Notes: generated by a model not told the origin, from the letters alone. Shown: positions 26,101-37,109, numbered from the stretch's first letter. The stretch is 64,000 nt of DNA from an uncultured Acidobacteriota bacterium (GCA_963778755.1 CAVZVJ010000011.1:10226-74225); one strand, 5' to 3'. Numbers and translations: made by a program.

Positions 26101-28413
26101 ATGCCCATCGTCCTCGCCGCCGAGGGTGGCTTCCAGGAGTTCACACTCGGCCCCACCGAGTGGGCGTGGCTTATCTTCGCTCTCGCCACTTCTCTCCTGG
26201 CGATCACGGTTGGTTTCTTATTGTCCCGGGGAGTCCTTCGCGCTGATCAGGGCACGGAGAAGATGCGCGAGATCGCCGCCGCCATCCAGGAGGGCGCCAT
26301 GGCCTACCTGAAGCGTCAGTTCAAAACGATCGCATTCATCCTGATCCCTTTGGTGGTGGTGGTGTTCCTCACCTCCACCGTGGTCCTGAAACCGGACGGA
26401 TCTGAGGCGCTCTCGCTCTTCGAGTCGGGAAGCGCCAGAACCCTGGCCTTCATCGCGGGATGTTTGATGTCCGGGCTTACCGGCTTCATCGGGATGAGAC
26501 TCGCCGTTCAGGGCAACGTCAGGACCGCCGCCGCAGCTCGCAGCGGCTCTCTCCCCGCCGCCCTTCAGATCGCGTTTCGCACCGGAGGCGTCGCCGGGAT
26601 GTTCACCGTCGGCCTCGGGCTCCTCGGTGCCACGGTCATCATCATGATCTTCCAAAACACCTCGTCGGCGATCCTGATCGGGTTCGGCTTTGGCGGCTCG
26701 CTGCTCGCACTGTTCATGCGAGTAGGGGGCGGGATCTTCACCAAGGCGGCGGACGTGGGCGCCGACCTGGTCGGAAAGATCGAGCAAGGAATCCCCGAGG
26801 ACGACGCAAGGAACCCAGCGACCATCGCCGACAACGTCGGCGACAACGTCGGCGACTGCGCGGGTATGGCAGCCGACCTCTTCGAGAGCTACGAGGTGAC
26901 CCTGGTCGCTTCGATCATCCTCGGCGTCGCTGCCTTCGCCTCGATCGGGGCCAACCCGGTCCTGGGGCTCATCTTCCCGGTGATCGTCCGCGCCATCGGA
27001 GTCCTGGCCTCCATCGTCGGGGTGTTCCGGGTGCGGGCGACGGAGGACGACACCTCGGCCCTGGCACCTATCAACCGGGGATTCCTCACTGCCGGGATCC
27101 TGACCGTGCTCGGCACCGCAGCCGTGGCCTTGCTCTATGTGGGCAACGACCATGGAGGTGAGGGGTGGAGAGTCCTCGGCGCGGTGATAGCAGGGTTGCT
27201 CCTGGCTCAGGTCGTCAGCAGGCTCACCGAGTATTTCACCTCCACGGAGGACAAACCGGTTCAGGAGATCGCCGATGCCACCCAAACCGGGCCCGCGACC
27301 ACAGTTCTCGCCGGCATCTCTTCCGGCCTCGAGTCGTCGGTCTGGGCGATTGTGGCGATCGCAGGCGCCATCGCCATCGCCATCGGCCTTGGCAACGGCA
27401 ACATCCAGTTCTCGCTCTACCTGGTTGCCCTCACCGGGATGGGCATGCTGGCAACCACCGGCGTCATCGTCTCCGAGGACACCTTCGGCCCTGTGGCCGA
27501 CAATGCGGCCGGCATCGCCGAAATGTCGGGTGAGTTCCATGGTGAGGCCCAAAAGGTCATGATCAGCTTGGATGCAGTTGGCAACACCACCAAGGCGGTG
27601 ACTAAGGGCTTCGCCATCGGCTCCGCGGTAATCGCTGCGGTCGCCTTGTTCGCATCCTTCATCGAAACGATCGCCGCCGAGCTCGGTCTTGGGATCGAAG
27701 GGGCCGATATCTTCTCTGCTCCGGAGACCTCGATCAACGTGGCCAACCCCACGACCTTCATTGGGCTGCTCATAGGTGGATCAGTGGCCTTCATGTTTTC
27801 CGCCCTGGCGATTCGGGCTGTGGGACGAACCGCGGGAGTCGTCGTGGAGGAGGTCCGTCGTCAGTTCGCCGATGGAAAGATCATGGCCGGGCTCCGACGC
27901 CCCGACTACGGGCCGGTGATCGACATCTGCACCAAGGCCTCGCTGCGGGAACTGGCCACACCGGCATTGTTGGCGGTGCTGACCCCGGTGATCGTCGGCT
28001 TCGGGATCGGGTATCTCGCCCTTGGAGGCTTCCTGGCCGCGGCCATCCTCACCGGGCAGCTGATGGCCAACTTCCTGTCGAATTCGGGTGGCGCTTGGGA
28101 TAACGCCAAGAAATACATCGAAGACGGCCATTACGGCGGCAAAGGCTCCGACAGCCACACCGCAGCCGTGATCGGTGACACGGTCGGAGATCCGTTCAAG
28201 GACACGGCAGGGCCTGCCCTCAACCCCTTGATCAAGGTGATGAACCTGGTGTCGCTTCTCATGCTCCCTGCAGTGATCGCCCTTCGGGACAACACCACGG
28301 CCAGACTCACGATCGCCGGGGTGTCCCTCGTTGTCCTCCTGATCGCAATCGGGTACTCCAAGCGTGAGGCTTCGGTGGGCGGCGCCAGGGAAACCGCTCC
28401 GGCAGAGGTCTGA
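26101..28413 (+). CDS. hppA: Membrane H+-translocating pyrophosphatase, K+-independent type
   Basis: [45 protein letters not shown] (Lys at the K+-dependence position), [14 protein letters not shown]. Confidence 0.95.
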   Translation: MPIVLAAEGGFQEFTLGPTEWAWLIFALATSLLAITVGFLLSRGVLRADQGTEKMREIAAAIQEGAMAYLKRQFKTIAFILIPLVVVVFLTSTVVLKPDGSEALSLFESGSARTLAFIAGCLMSGLTGFIGMRLAVQGNVRTAAAARSGSLPAALQIAFRTGGVAGMFTVGLGLLGATVIIMIFQNTSSAILIGFGFGGSLLALFMRVGGGIFTKAADVGADLVGKIEQGIPEDDARNPATIADNVGDNVGDCAGMAADLFESYEVTLVASIILGVAAFASIGANPVLGLIFPVIVRAIGVLASIVGVFRVRATEDDTSALAPINRGFLTAGILTVLGTAAVALLYVGNDHGGEGWRVLGAVIAGLLLAQVVSRLTEYFTSTEDKPVQEIADATQTGPATTVLAGISSGLESSVWAIVAIAGAIAIAIGLGNGNIQFSLYLVALTGMGMLATTGVIVSEDTFGPVADNAAGIAEMSGEFHGEAQKVMISLDAVGNTTKAVTKGFAIGSAVIAAVALFASFIETIAAELGLGIEGADIFSAPETSINVANPTTFIGLLIGGSVAFMFSALAIRAVGRTAGVVVEEVRRQFADGKIMAGLRRPDYGPVIDICTKASLRELATPALLAVLTPVIVGFGIGYLALGGFLAAAILTGQLMANFLSNSGGAWDNAKKYIEDGHYGGKGSDSHTAAVIGDTVGDPFKDTAGPALNPLIKVMNLVSLLMLPAVIALRDNTTARLTIAGVSLVVLLIAIGYSKREASVGGARETAPAEV

Positions 28414-28501
28414 GCACCACAACAACGCGTAATTGCGCGCATGAGGGGTCATATTCGGACCTGTCCTGCCCAATTTGGAGGTAGGGACTTACCCTTGGCC
28501 C

Positions 28502-29671
28502 ATGACCTATGACGTCGTGATCGTCGGTGGTGGGGTGATGGGGTCGGCAACCGCCTATCACCTCATGAAGGACGACCCCACCCTGTCAGTGGCGGTCATC
28601 GAAAGAGATCCGACCTATCAGCGCGCCTCCACCGTGCTCTCTGACGGGAACGTCCGCATCCAATTCAATCTCGAGGAAAACGTGCGGATCTCACAACACA
28701 CCATGGAGGTGCTGGCGAGTTTCGCCGACGACATGGCCACACCCACCTATCGGCCCGAGGTTGGAGCCCGGCACCAGGGCAATCTCTTCATGGTGGATGA
28801 GCGTGGTGAGGAGGAGGCGCGAGCCGGGCTGGACCTGCAGCGAGGGCTTTCGTGCGAGGTGGAATGGCTGGACATCGAGGCCATCACTGAGGCCTACCCG
28901 GCGTTCGGCTCCGATCTGCTGGTCGGGGGCACCCTGGGCAGACGTGACGGTTCGGTGGATCCGAGCGCCGTGCTCCGCGGCTATCGGAGCAAGGCGATCG
29001 AACTCGGGGCCACGTACCTCCAGGACGAGGTGACATCCCTGGTGGTCCGGGACGGGAAGATGGATGGTGCATCGCTGGCGTCGGGCGACTCTGCCCGATC
29101 CGAGCGGGTAGTCAACACTGCAGGGGCCTGGGCCCCGGCGCTGCTCGCCGGGATCGGTGTGGAGATCCCGGTCCTGCCGGTGATGCGCACCGTCTACGTG
29201 GTTTCGACCACCGTCTCGACCCGGGGCCTGCCCAGCGTCTTCCTGCCCTCCGGGCTCTACGCCATCCCGGAAAGCGACACGACCTGGCTCATGGGCTGGT
29301 CGCAAACCAACGACCCGGTCGGGTTCGAGTTTCGACCTGCCGGTCACGATCGATTCATGGACCTGATGTGGCCCGAGCTGATTTCGTACCTGCCGTCGTT
29401 CGACAGTCTTCGAATCGAGCGATCCTGGGCCGGTCTCTACGACGTCAATACCCTCGACGGGAATGCCATCGTCGGCGAGTGGCCTTTGATCCAGGGCCTC
29501 TATCTGGCATCGGGCTTCTCCGGCCACGGTTTCCAGCAGGCCCCGGCCGTGGGTCGGTATCTGGCCGAATCAGCGATGCAGCGCCCACACGAGCTCGACC
29601 TTTCCCGGCTCGGGCCGCAGCGGATCCTGGAGAACGAGCCGCTCTTCGAACATGCCGGCCGTCTGATCTAG
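28502..29671 (+). CDS. FAD-dependent oxidoreductase (DAO/sarcosine oxidase family)
   Basis: IVGGGVMG, DGSVDP, NTAGAW, WAGLYD, GFSGHGFQQAPAVG. Confidence 0.88.
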   Translation: MTYDVVIVGGGVMGSATAYHLMKDDPTLSVAVIERDPTYQRASTVLSDGNVRIQFNLEENVRISQHTMEVLASFADDMATPTYRPEVGARHQGNLFMVDERGEEEARAGLDLQRGLSCEVEWLDIEAITEAYPAFGSDLLVGGTLGRRDGSVDPSAVLRGYRSKAIELGATYLQDEVTSLVVRDGKMDGASLASGDSARSERVVNTAGAWAPALLAGIGVEIPVLPVMRTVYVVSTTVSTRGLPSVFLPSGLYAIPESDTTWLMGWSQTNDPVGFEFRPAGHDRFMDLMWPELISYLPSFDSLRIERSWAGLYDVNTLDGNAIVGEWPLIQGLYLASGFSGHGFQQAPAVGRYLAESAMQRPHELDLSRLGPQRILENEPLFEHAGRLI

Positions 29672-29685
29672 GCGATCATCCCGCC

Positions 29686-30429
29686 ATGCCTCGCCCGATC
29701 TCCGACTTCACCACCATGACCTTCGATTGCTACGGCACATTGATCGATTGGGAAGCAGGCATTTGGGAAGCCCTGCAGCCACTTCTGGGGCGAAACGACG
29801 CTGTTGGCATGTCTCGTTCCCTGGCTCTCGAGGTCTTCGCCCTATCGGAGGGTCAGCAGGAGACGGCGATGCCGACCGCGCCTTATCCCGAGATCCTGGC
29901 TGCGGTCCATCGGGATCTGGCCGAGCACCTCCAGTTGAAGACCGACCCCGAGATGGATCGTGCGTTTGGCCAGTCGGTGCCTCTCTGGCCGGCCTTCCCC
30001 GACAGTAGAGCCGCGCTCCGGGACCTCGGGTCCCGCTACCGCCTCGTGATCCTCTCCAACGTCGACCGCGCCGGCTTCGCTGCCTCCAATATCAGGCTGG
30101 AAGCGGATTTCGATGCGGTCTACACGGCGGAGGACATTGGCTCCTACAAGCCCGATCCGCGCAACTTCCGCTACATGCTCCAACATCTGGCCACCGACTT
30201 CGGGATCGCTCCGGAGGAGATCCTTCACGTGGCTCAAAGTCTGTATCACGACCACATCCCGGCCCAGAGTTTCGGCCTGGCCACTGCGTGGATCGATCGA
30301 CAGCGCCTCTCCGAGGGCGGCGACTGGGGGGCCACTGCCCCTGTCGAGAATCTCCCCGTCACCGACTACAGGTTCTTCTCGATGGCACAGCTCGCAGATT
30401 CGGCGCGATCAGCCAACTCGGATACCTGA
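29686..30429 (+). CDS. HAD-superfamily hydrolase (haloacid dehalogenase type II-like)
   Basis: TFDCYGTLIDW, LSNVD, YKPD, HVAQSLYHD. Confidence 0.88.
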   Translation: MPRPISDFTTMTFDCYGTLIDWEAGIWEALQPLLGRNDAVGMSRSLALEVFALSEGQQETAMPTAPYPEILAAVHRDLAEHLQLKTDPEMDRAFGQSVPLWPAFPDSRAALRDLGSRYRLVILSNVDRAGFAASNIRLEADFDAVYTAEDIGSYKPDPRNFRYMLQHLATDFGIAPEEILHVAQSLYHDHIPAQSFGLATAWIDRQRLSEGGDWGATAPVENLPVTDYRFFSMAQLADSARSANSDT

Positions 30430-30540
30430 ATACCATCGGTGGCCCTGGTCGACCCGAAGCCCGGTACACGATCGGTCCGAGGGGCGGTTCGCCCTTCATG
30501 CCGATGGCCGCGTCGAACGACGCGACATGCAACCGGCGCG

Positions 30541-31509
30541 CTAACGGCCTAGATGCCTCGCGACGAACTCGACGGTCTTTCGCACCGCCAGGCGAGCCTC
30601 CGGTGACTCGGTCATCTTGTTCTGAAAACTATGAGGCATGCCCTCGTACAAATCGAGCTTCACCTCCACCCCACCGGCATCGATCGCTTGGTAGTGCCGG
30701 ACGAAATTGCTGAGGAAGATCTCCCTGATCCCGCCCTGGATGAGGGTGGGGGGAAAACCCTTCGAATAGTCGCCGTAAACCGGGGAGACGTAGGGGCTTT
30801 TCTGCTCGTCCGGGTCGGCATAGGCGTCGGCGGCGGGTTTGAGGTGGAGTTCGTAGAGATAGCTGCCTTCGAATCCGGCCAATGTCTCATAGGTGTCCCC
30901 GCGGTCGGTTATGTCCGACCAGGGCGACCACATCACCACCGCCGTGGGCATGCCGATGCCGAGATCACGCATCTTGAGAACCGATCCAGAGGCAAGCGAG
31001 CCGCCGGCAGATTCACCGAATATTGCGAGTCGGCCGAGGGGTGATCCCTCCACCACCAGATCTTGAAACACCGCTATCACCTGATCGGTGATCTCCTCCC
31101 ACCTGGCAAACGGGGCCAGGGTGTAGTCGATCGACACCACGCGGAGCCCGGACGCCCGGACCACACGCGCCGCGTTGCCGATAGTGGATCGGGCAGTGAA
31201 GGCCACGTACCCACCGCCGTGGGTGTACAGCAAGGCACGGTCGTCCTCTTGCCAATCGTGTGGTCGCAGATCCAGGACGGGAACGCCGCCGATCTCACGC
31301 TCGATGACCTCCACCCCGGGACCGGGATCGCCGAAGCCTGCTGCCAGTCGCTCTGCTTCAACCAACCGATTTCGCTCACGCCAAGCTTCGAGTTCTCCAG
31401 GGGCAGGCAACAAAGGAAGACGAGCAGGGTCGGGGAGCGTCTCGTAGTAGACAACCCAGTCCGCGGAGACTGTGGCCGGAACTCGGGAGTAGCCGGCAGG
31501 GATGCTCAA
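30541..31509 (-). CDS. Alpha/beta hydrolase (HSL family esterase)
   Basis: HGGGY, IDYTLAP, GESAGG, YEGMPH. Confidence 0.9.
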   Translation of the reverse strand: MSIPAGYSRVPATVSADWVVYYETLPDPARLPLLPAPGELEAWRERNRLVEAERLAAGFGDPGPGVEVIEREIGGVPVLDLRPHDWQEDDRALLYTHGGGYVAFTARSTIGNAARVVRASGLRVVSIDYTLAPFARWEEITDQVIAVFQDLVVEGSPLGRLAIFGESAGGSLASGSVLKMRDLGIGMPTAVVMWSPWSDITDRGDTYETLAGFEGSYLYELHLKPAADAYADPDEQKSPYVSPVYGDYSKGFPPTLIQGGIREIFLSNFVRHYQAIDAGGVEVKLDLYEGMPHSFQNKMTESPEARLAVRKTVEFVARHLGR

Positions 31510-31512
31510 GCC

Positions 31513-32109
31513 TCATCCATTGCTGAGATCGGCGCCGCCACTGACATCGATGGTCTGCAGAGCGGGGTCACCCTGAACCACGACATCGGCGCCGCCTGAA
31601 GCTGATCCGGTTATCGCATCGGTCACTTTCACGACCACATTCGCTCCGCCCGACGCGTCGAGGGTCATATCTGCGACCGGGAGCAAGGACAGGTCAACGT
31701 CGGCGCCGCCACTGGCATGGAGGTCGAGGACATCGATCGACCCTTCTCCGAGTACGTCGGCGCCCCCGGAGGCGGTCAGGCCCTGGAGAGTGGCAACGAA
31801 GACCTCTACGAAGCGATCCGAGCCACCGATGGTGTTGTAGGACCCATTGCTCTCGATCTTGAGCGTTGTGCCATCGACCCTGGTCTCGATCAGGTCGATG
31901 ATGTTGTCGTCGTAGTTGACGGTGACCGCCGTGGCGGCTGCCGGGTCAACGGTGAGTCGGAGGGCGATCCCACCGGAGACCTCGATGCTGTCGAATGCCC
32001 CGACGTCCCGGTCCTCGCTCACGATGTTTCCCGATCCGGACGGGCCACAGGCTGCCAGCAACATCACGGTCAGCACCAATGCCAAGCCCCGCCAACGCAT
32101 CATGAGCAT
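31513..32109 (-). CDS. DUF2807/GIN-domain lipoprotein
   Basis: LAAC lipobox, GSGNIVSEDR, repeated ASGGA strand-turn motifs; GGAG RBS before ATG 32109. Confidence 0.8.
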   Translation of the reverse strand: MLMMRWRGLALVLTVMLLAACGPSGSGNIVSEDRDVGAFDSIEVSGGIALRLTVDPAAATAVTVNYDDNIIDLIETRVDGTTLKIESNGSYNTIGGSDRFVEVFVATLQGLTASGGADVLGEGSIDVLDLHASGGADVDLSLLPVADMTLDASGGANVVVKVTDAITGSASGGADVVVQGDPALQTIDVSGGADLSNG

Positions 32110-32198
32110 CTTCTCCAGTCGACAATAACTCTGGAACCTATCCGAAAGAGCCGGCACCTAGCATCCGGCAGCTTGAGGTCAGACGACAAGATGCGCAC

Positions 32199-33458
32199 AT
32201 GATCGGCTTGGCGATCCTGGCCGTGGTGTTTCTCTGCTACTCGCTGGTGGCTGCTCGTCTGGAACGATGGTCGATCACAGCCCCGATGGTGTTTGTGGCG
32301 GCCGGCGCCCTGATCGGGCCCGTTGCACTCGGAGAGTTCGACGTCGCCTCGAATACCGAAGTAGTCCTGGTGATCACTGAGTTGACCCTCGCCATCATCC
32401 TTTTCGCCGATGCCTCGACCCTGAAGTGGAAGCAGGTTCGCCTCGACTCCACTCTTCCGGCCCGGCTGCTTCTGATCGGGTTTCCCCTCACCGTGCTCGC
32501 CGGTGCGTTGATGGCGGGATGGCTGGCGCCAGAGTTGGGATGGGCGGGAGCCGCCCTCGTGGGCAGCATTCTCGCTCCAACCGACGCAGCCCTGGGCTTG
32601 GGAGTCTTCTCGGATCGATCGGTCCCGGCTCGGATCCGACGCGGACTGAATATCGAGAGCGGGCTCAACGACGGGCTCGCCACCCCGTTGGTCGCAGTAT
32701 TCCTGGCGATCCTCGTGGCCGAGGCCGGTGCGGATCAGGGGCATTGGGTCGTCGAGGCACTCAAAGAGCTCGGCGTGGCAATTGTCGCGGCAACCGTCAT
32801 TGGATTCGTGTTTGGCCACTACGTGGCGGTGGCACGCCGGAAACAGTGGACCTCTGAAACCTCCGACCGCCTGGCCGTCCTCGCGACCGCCCTGCTTGCC
32901 TATACCGGCTCGATCACCGTTGGTGGCAACGGATTCGTGGCGGCCTTTGCGGCCGGGATCCTCTTTGCCGCCGCCTCCCGAGGGGAACTGGCCGAGGCCA
33001 CGTCGTTCACCGAGGACGTCGGCCTTCTTCTCTCGTTTGTCGTCTGGGCACTATTTGGAGCGATCCTCGTGGGTCCCCTCCTCACCCAGGAAATACACCC
33101 AATGACGGTCGTTTACGCCGTGCTCAGCCTCACAGTGATCCGCATGGTGCCGGTCGCCATTTCCCTGATAGGGGCTGGGCTCCGACCGGCTTCGGTGGCC
33201 TTCATGGGATGGTTCGGCCCGAGGGGGCTGGCCTCCGTGGTCTTCACCCTTATTGCGTTCGAATCGTTTCACGGCAACTCGATCGCGTCGGATTGGCTGT
33301 TTGAGATCGCCACCTGGACGATCCTCTTCTCCATACTCACCCATGGGATCACCGCCCGCCCCCTTGCGGCTGCTTACGGTCGCAAAGTCACCGATGGCGT
33401 GGCGGAGCATTTCACCCCATCCGATACGCTCGAGGAACCATCACCGAGGCGGTTGTGA
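32199..33458 (+). CDS. CPA1/NhaP-type cation:proton antiporter
   Basis: ILFADA, LAPTDAALG, NIESGLNDG, WFGPRGLAS, SILTHG. Confidence 0.9.
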   Translation: MIGLAILAVVFLCYSLVAARLERWSITAPMVFVAAGALIGPVALGEFDVASNTEVVLVITELTLAIILFADASTLKWKQVRLDSTLPARLLLIGFPLTVLAGALMAGWLAPELGWAGAALVGSILAPTDAALGLGVFSDRSVPARIRRGLNIESGLNDGLATPLVAVFLAILVAEAGADQGHWVVEALKELGVAIVAATVIGFVFGHYVAVARRKQWTSETSDRLAVLATALLAYTGSITVGGNGFVAAFAAGILFAAASRGELAEATSFTEDVGLLLSFVVWALFGAILVGPLLTQEIHPMTVVYAVLSLTVIRMVPVAISLIGAGLRPASVAFMGWFGPRGLASVVFTLIAFESFHGNSIASDWLFEIATWTILFSILTHGITARPLAAAYGRKVTDGVAEHFTPSDTLEEPSPRRL

Positions 33459-33485
33459 AGTAGGGACGAACATCGTGATCGCCTG

Positions 33486-33516
33486 ACGGGGGAGGGGGTA
33501 GCCCCTCCCCCGTTTT
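33486..33516. terminator. Intrinsic terminator between convergent antiporter and amt
   Basis: ACGGGGGAGGGG-gtag-CCCCTCCCCCGT followed by TTT. Confidence 0.75.
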
Positions 33517-33524
33517 GGTCTTGA

Positions 33525-35039
33525 TCAGACTTCGCTGGCGACCGATCCTTCGTCGATCTCCAATGCGGGACCGGTGAACTCCGGATAGGCGAGGACGCCC
33601 ATCTCCGGGATGTCCAGCCCGGTCAATTCCTCCTCCTCCGAGACCCTTATCCCACCCTTCATGAATATGTCCTGGAGCTTCCAGAAGAGGTAGGCGATGC
33701 CGAACATGACGGTCCAGATCACCACTACCCCTGTGAGCTGGGCCAGGAATTGCCCGGTTCCGCCATGGAGAAGCCCGATGATCTCGACCGGTTGCCCGGC
33801 GCTGTCCACGGCCAGGTTCCATCCGTCGCCGTAGCTGCCATCGGGGAAGATCCCGACCGCAAGCACACCGAAGGTGCCGCAGACACCATGAACCGCAATA
33901 GCGCCGACAACGTCATCGATTCCCCGCTTCTCGATGAAGAGAATCGCTTCCACAACCAGAACACCGGAAATGATGCCGATCACGGCTGAAGCACCTGGGG
34001 TGACGAAAGCGCAGGGGGCCGTGATGGCCACCAAGCCGGCGAGCATCCCATTCATCATCATCCCGGGATCTGGTTTCTTGCCCCGGAAGTACATGCAATA
34101 GAGCATGGAAACGACCGCTCCGAAGGCGGCTGCGATTGCAGTGTTGGCCGCCACCGTCGCGAACTGGACGTCCGTGGCCGCAAATGTCGAAGCGGCGTTG
34201 AACCCGAACCATCCAAACAGGAGGATGAACGTCCCCAACGCAGCCATCGGGATGTGATGGCCCGGAATGGCATTCGGCGTGCCATCGGCTTTGAACTTGC
34301 CGATCCGGGGACCGAGGACCAGGGCGCCAGCCAGCGCCGCCGCCCCACCCATTGCGTGAACTACTCCGGATCCGGCGAAGTCGGCATAGCCAACGCCCCA
34401 CCCCACCGAGCTCCAGAGTCGGTTCAGCCAGCCTCCACCCCAGGTCCAAGCGCCGAAGAGCGGGTAGTAGATCGCCCCACAGAAAAGACCCCACCCAACG
34501 AAACTCCGCCACTTCCACCGCTCCGCCATCGATCCGGTGGGAATGGTCGCCGTGGTGTCCATGAAGGCGGCCATGTAGAGGAAGAACCCGAGCACTGCCG
34601 GGGTGATTGCCTTGCCGGCGAGCAGGAAGCCACCCTTCCACAAGAAGGTCCAGTCGCCGGATCCGATGAGGGCGCCGCCCAGGGCCGTGTCGTATCCGAA
34701 GTCGAATCCGGGGAGGACATAGGAGAACCCGCCGAACATGAATGCATAGCCGACCAGGAAGTAGGCGACGAACCCCAAACCGAAGATTGCGAAGTTCGTG
34801 GAGACCACATGCGCCGCATGCTTGGCACGGGAGAACCCGGTTTCCACCAGCGCGAATCCGGCCTGCATGAAGATCACCAGGACCGCCCCGATAACGATCC
34901 AGAGCAGGTTCATCTGCTGACCCATGGCGGTCACGGGGTCGGTGTCCTGGGCCATCGCGGGTGCCGCCACTCCCACCACCATCAGGCCAATCAAGCCGGC
35001 GATTACTGACAGCTTCCTGACCCGGTGTCTCGGTCTCAT
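33525..35039 (-). CDS. amt: Ammonium transporter
   Basis: FMQAGFALVE, DFAGSGVVH and AIAVHG (twin His), ILLFGWFGFN; AAGGGAGG RBS before ATG 35039. Confidence 0.95.
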   Translation of the reverse strand: MRPRHRVRKLSVIAGLIGLMVVGVAAPAMAQDTDPVTAMGQQMNLLWIVIGAVLVIFMQAGFALVETGFSRAKHAAHVVSTNFAIFGLGFVAYFLVGYAFMFGGFSYVLPGFDFGYDTALGGALIGSGDWTFLWKGGFLLAGKAITPAVLGFFLYMAAFMDTTATIPTGSMAERWKWRSFVGWGLFCGAIYYPLFGAWTWGGGWLNRLWSSVGWGVGYADFAGSGVVHAMGGAAALAGALVLGPRIGKFKADGTPNAIPGHHIPMAALGTFILLFGWFGFNAASTFAATDVQFATVAANTAIAAAFGAVVSMLYCMYFRGKKPDPGMMMNGMLAGLVAITAPCAFVTPGASAVIGIISGVLVVEAILFIEKRGIDDVVGAIAVHGVCGTFGVLAVGIFPDGSYGDGWNLAVDSAGQPVEIIGLLHGGTGQFLAQLTGVVVIWTVMFGIAYLFWKLQDIFMKGGIRVSEEEELTGLDIPEMGVLAYPEFTGPALEIDEGSVASEV

Positions 35040-35149
35040 CGAACGTCCTCCCTTATCTGGTTGAGATGATGTCAACGAGCGTAAAGAAGGGCTGTTAATC
35101 GTCTTGAAACGCAATATTACGAGTGTGGATCAGATACCTGACAGCTTTC

Positions 35150-35734
35150 TTACAAGGCGGCAGGGAGTGACTCCAGGAGATAACCCCGGGATCTGATCGT
35201 CCGCACGGTGAGACCCACTGCTGGCAGACGCTGTCGGAGACGGAGCATGTGGGCGTCGAGGGCGTTGCGTCGCGGGCGATCCATCCCAGCCGACGGCCAC
35301 GCCGACTCGATCAGCGCCTGACGAGTGACCACCGCATCGGGACGCGAGATCAAGGCCGACACCAGACGGGATTCGAGCGGCGAGAGCGACACCCACTCAT
35401 CTCCGAATCTCAGGATCCCTTCGGGCTCGAGTTGTGGAGCGGGATGAGCTCGCTGGGCCACCTCGGCCTGGCTGGATCTGCGTCGCAGGGATTCGAGACG
35501 GGCCTCGATGTCGACCGCCGATGCGGGGACTCTGATCCATTCCTCGATGAGGGTGAGGTCGAGAGGTGGCGGCCCTGCTTCGACCAGCAACAAATGGGGC
35601 TGTCTGGCTGCCAGCAAGGAGGCACGTCTCTCCTCGTCGCCTGGCCAACGGATCAAGGCCACGTCCACGTCGGAACGCTCCCAGGGTCGTGTTTCACCCG
35701 TGTTTCCCCGATGTGAAGGATCCGCGACGGCCAA
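35150..35734 (-). CDS. OmpR-type winged-helix regulator with atypical N-terminal domain
   Basis: VSLSPLESRLVSAL, RNALDAHMLRLRQRL, IRTIRSRGYLL; no acidic receiver pocket. Confidence 0.8.
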   Translation of the reverse strand: MAVADPSHRGNTGETRPWERSDVDVALIRWPGDEERRASLLAARQPHLLLVEAGPPPLDLTLIEEWIRVPASAVDIEARLESLRRRSSQAEVAQRAHPAPQLEPEGILRFGDEWVSLSPLESRLVSALISRPDAVVTRQALIESAWPSAGMDRPRRNALDAHMLRLRQRLPAVGLTVRTIRSRGYLLESLPAAL

Positions 35735-35760
35735 ACGGTCGAAGACCTGCCCGCCAAGCC

Positions 35761-36381
35761 TCAGGCGATATGGGCGCCGTGGCGAACGGCGATGCTGAAT
35801 CGCGAGACCCGGCGCCGTCGAGCGTGACGCCCTGAGACCCGTGTCGCCGCCGCATCCGATTTCTTGGGCACCAACACCAACGAGACCGCTACACCGGCAG
35901 CGAGACTCGCGAGCACGAGGGGAGCCCGAAGGAAGGTCAGGACCAGCCCGACCGAGGGAATGTGGAAGACGGGGCGACCGACAATGTCTGAGTTCTTCGG
36001 ATACCAGATGTCCTTCTCCTGGTTGTTGTCGCCGAGAAGCGTGAATCCTGCCTCACCGGACCCGCCAATGATCCGATGGATCAAGATCAGGTCGGAAGCG
36101 ATGTCATCGTCAGGCACCCGGTAGGCGACAACGTCCCCTGGCCCGTACTCGGCCTCTTGTCGAACCAGAACCAGGTCGCCCGGTTGGTAGGTGGGCTGCA
36201 TGCTGGTCCCCCGTATCACGACGTAGGTGAGCGAGCCTCCCCAAATCGTGGGGCGGAGGAAGGCGAACCATCCTGCTGCGAGGATCAGAGTCACCGTCCA
36301 GACCAGGAGTCGACGCAAGAGATGGCCTCCACCTTCGGGAGGTGAGGAGACGGGACGAGCGATGACGAGGGATCCGGTCAT
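35761..36381 (-). CDS. ER/archaeal-type (SipW-like) signal peptidase I
   Basis: GTSMQP catalytic Ser, GDLVLV, GDVVAY, ILIHRIIG (His in place of Lys), C-terminal TM. Confidence 0.85.
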   Translation of the reverse strand: MTGSLVIARPVSSPPEGGGHLLRRLLVWTVTLILAAGWFAFLRPTIWGGSLTYVVIRGTSMQPTYQPGDLVLVRQEAEYGPGDVVAYRVPDDDIASDLILIHRIIGGSGEAGFTLLGDNNQEKDIWYPKNSDIVGRPVFHIPSVGLVLTFLRAPLVLASLAAGVAVSLVLVPKKSDAAATRVSGRHARRRRVSRFSIAVRHGAHIA

Positions 36382-37109
36382 GGGCGGAAGGTCACTGTGA
36401 GTTGAGGGGCCTGGGCGAGATTGGCAAGGTTCTTGGACGAGTAGCGCACGTTGCGCGCGGTGCCCGAAGCCTCGACGTCATCCCTGATCATCCAGCCGTT
36501 GTTGGTGACACTGCCAGCCACAAAGGCGCTGACATCTGCGGTCACGTCCCAGCCGTTGACGTATCCGACTGCGGTGTTCTGACATCCGGGCCCGACCGTG
36601 ATGAACGAGGTGCGAGAACCGCTCGCCGGCTGGTTGGCGGCGTTCCACCCAACGGGCTGGGTGTTCCAGGTGACGCCGGCCTCGGTCCAGGCAAAGGTGA
36701 CTCTGAAGATGTCCTCGGTTCGGCAGACGCCGGGGATGGCCGATGCGTAGAGACGGAGTGTTCCCGAGATCACCGTTGCGCTCGATGGGATGGCGGGACT
36801 GCACTGTGTCAGGTCGAAACGAATGAAGGCACGGCGATTCGTCGTGGCGCCTGCCGACTGGACGTCCATGAAGGTGTCGGTGCCGTTGTTCTGAGTCAGA
36901 TTGTTGTGGTTAACCCAGGAGTCAGCGACCGTGGTCGACCCCGCGGCCCAAGCGGTGAGGGTGCAAGTGCGATAGACCGCGAGCGTCTTTGCCGTCACGG
37001 TGAGCGGTGCCGCAGACGCCGCGGTCGGCAGGAGCGCCAGAAGCAGGATGCCGATCATCGGCCATGAGGCGAAGCGTCTGCCTGAGTCCGACATCTCAAG
37101 CACCGACAA
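36378..37109 (-). CDS. Secreted DNRLRE/CBM96-like domain protein
   Basis: Signal peptide, ADSWV...RRAFIRFDL...GTLRLY...WTEAGVTWN...WDVTADV...NNGWMIR...APQLTVT. Confidence 0.75.
   Translation of the reverse strand: MSVLEMSDSGRRFASWPMIGILLLALLPTAASAAPLTVTAKTLAVYRTCTLTAWAAGSTTVADSWVNHNNLTQNNGTDTFMDVQSAGATTNRRAFIRFDLTQCSPAIPSSATVISGTLRLYASAIPGVCRTEDIFRVTFAWTEAGVTWNTQPVGWNAANQPASGSRTSFITVGPGCQNTAVGYVNGWDVTADVSAFVAGSVTNNGWMIRDDVEASGTARNVRYSSKNLANLAQAPQLTVTFRP

Noticed and set aside
4161-27552. Long antisense ORFs (e.g. 4161..5114, 13859..15013, 15928..17154, 18385..19323, 26218..27552)
   Set aside because: They shadow well-supported genes on the other strand, as expected from high-GC codon bias, and show no recognisable motifs.
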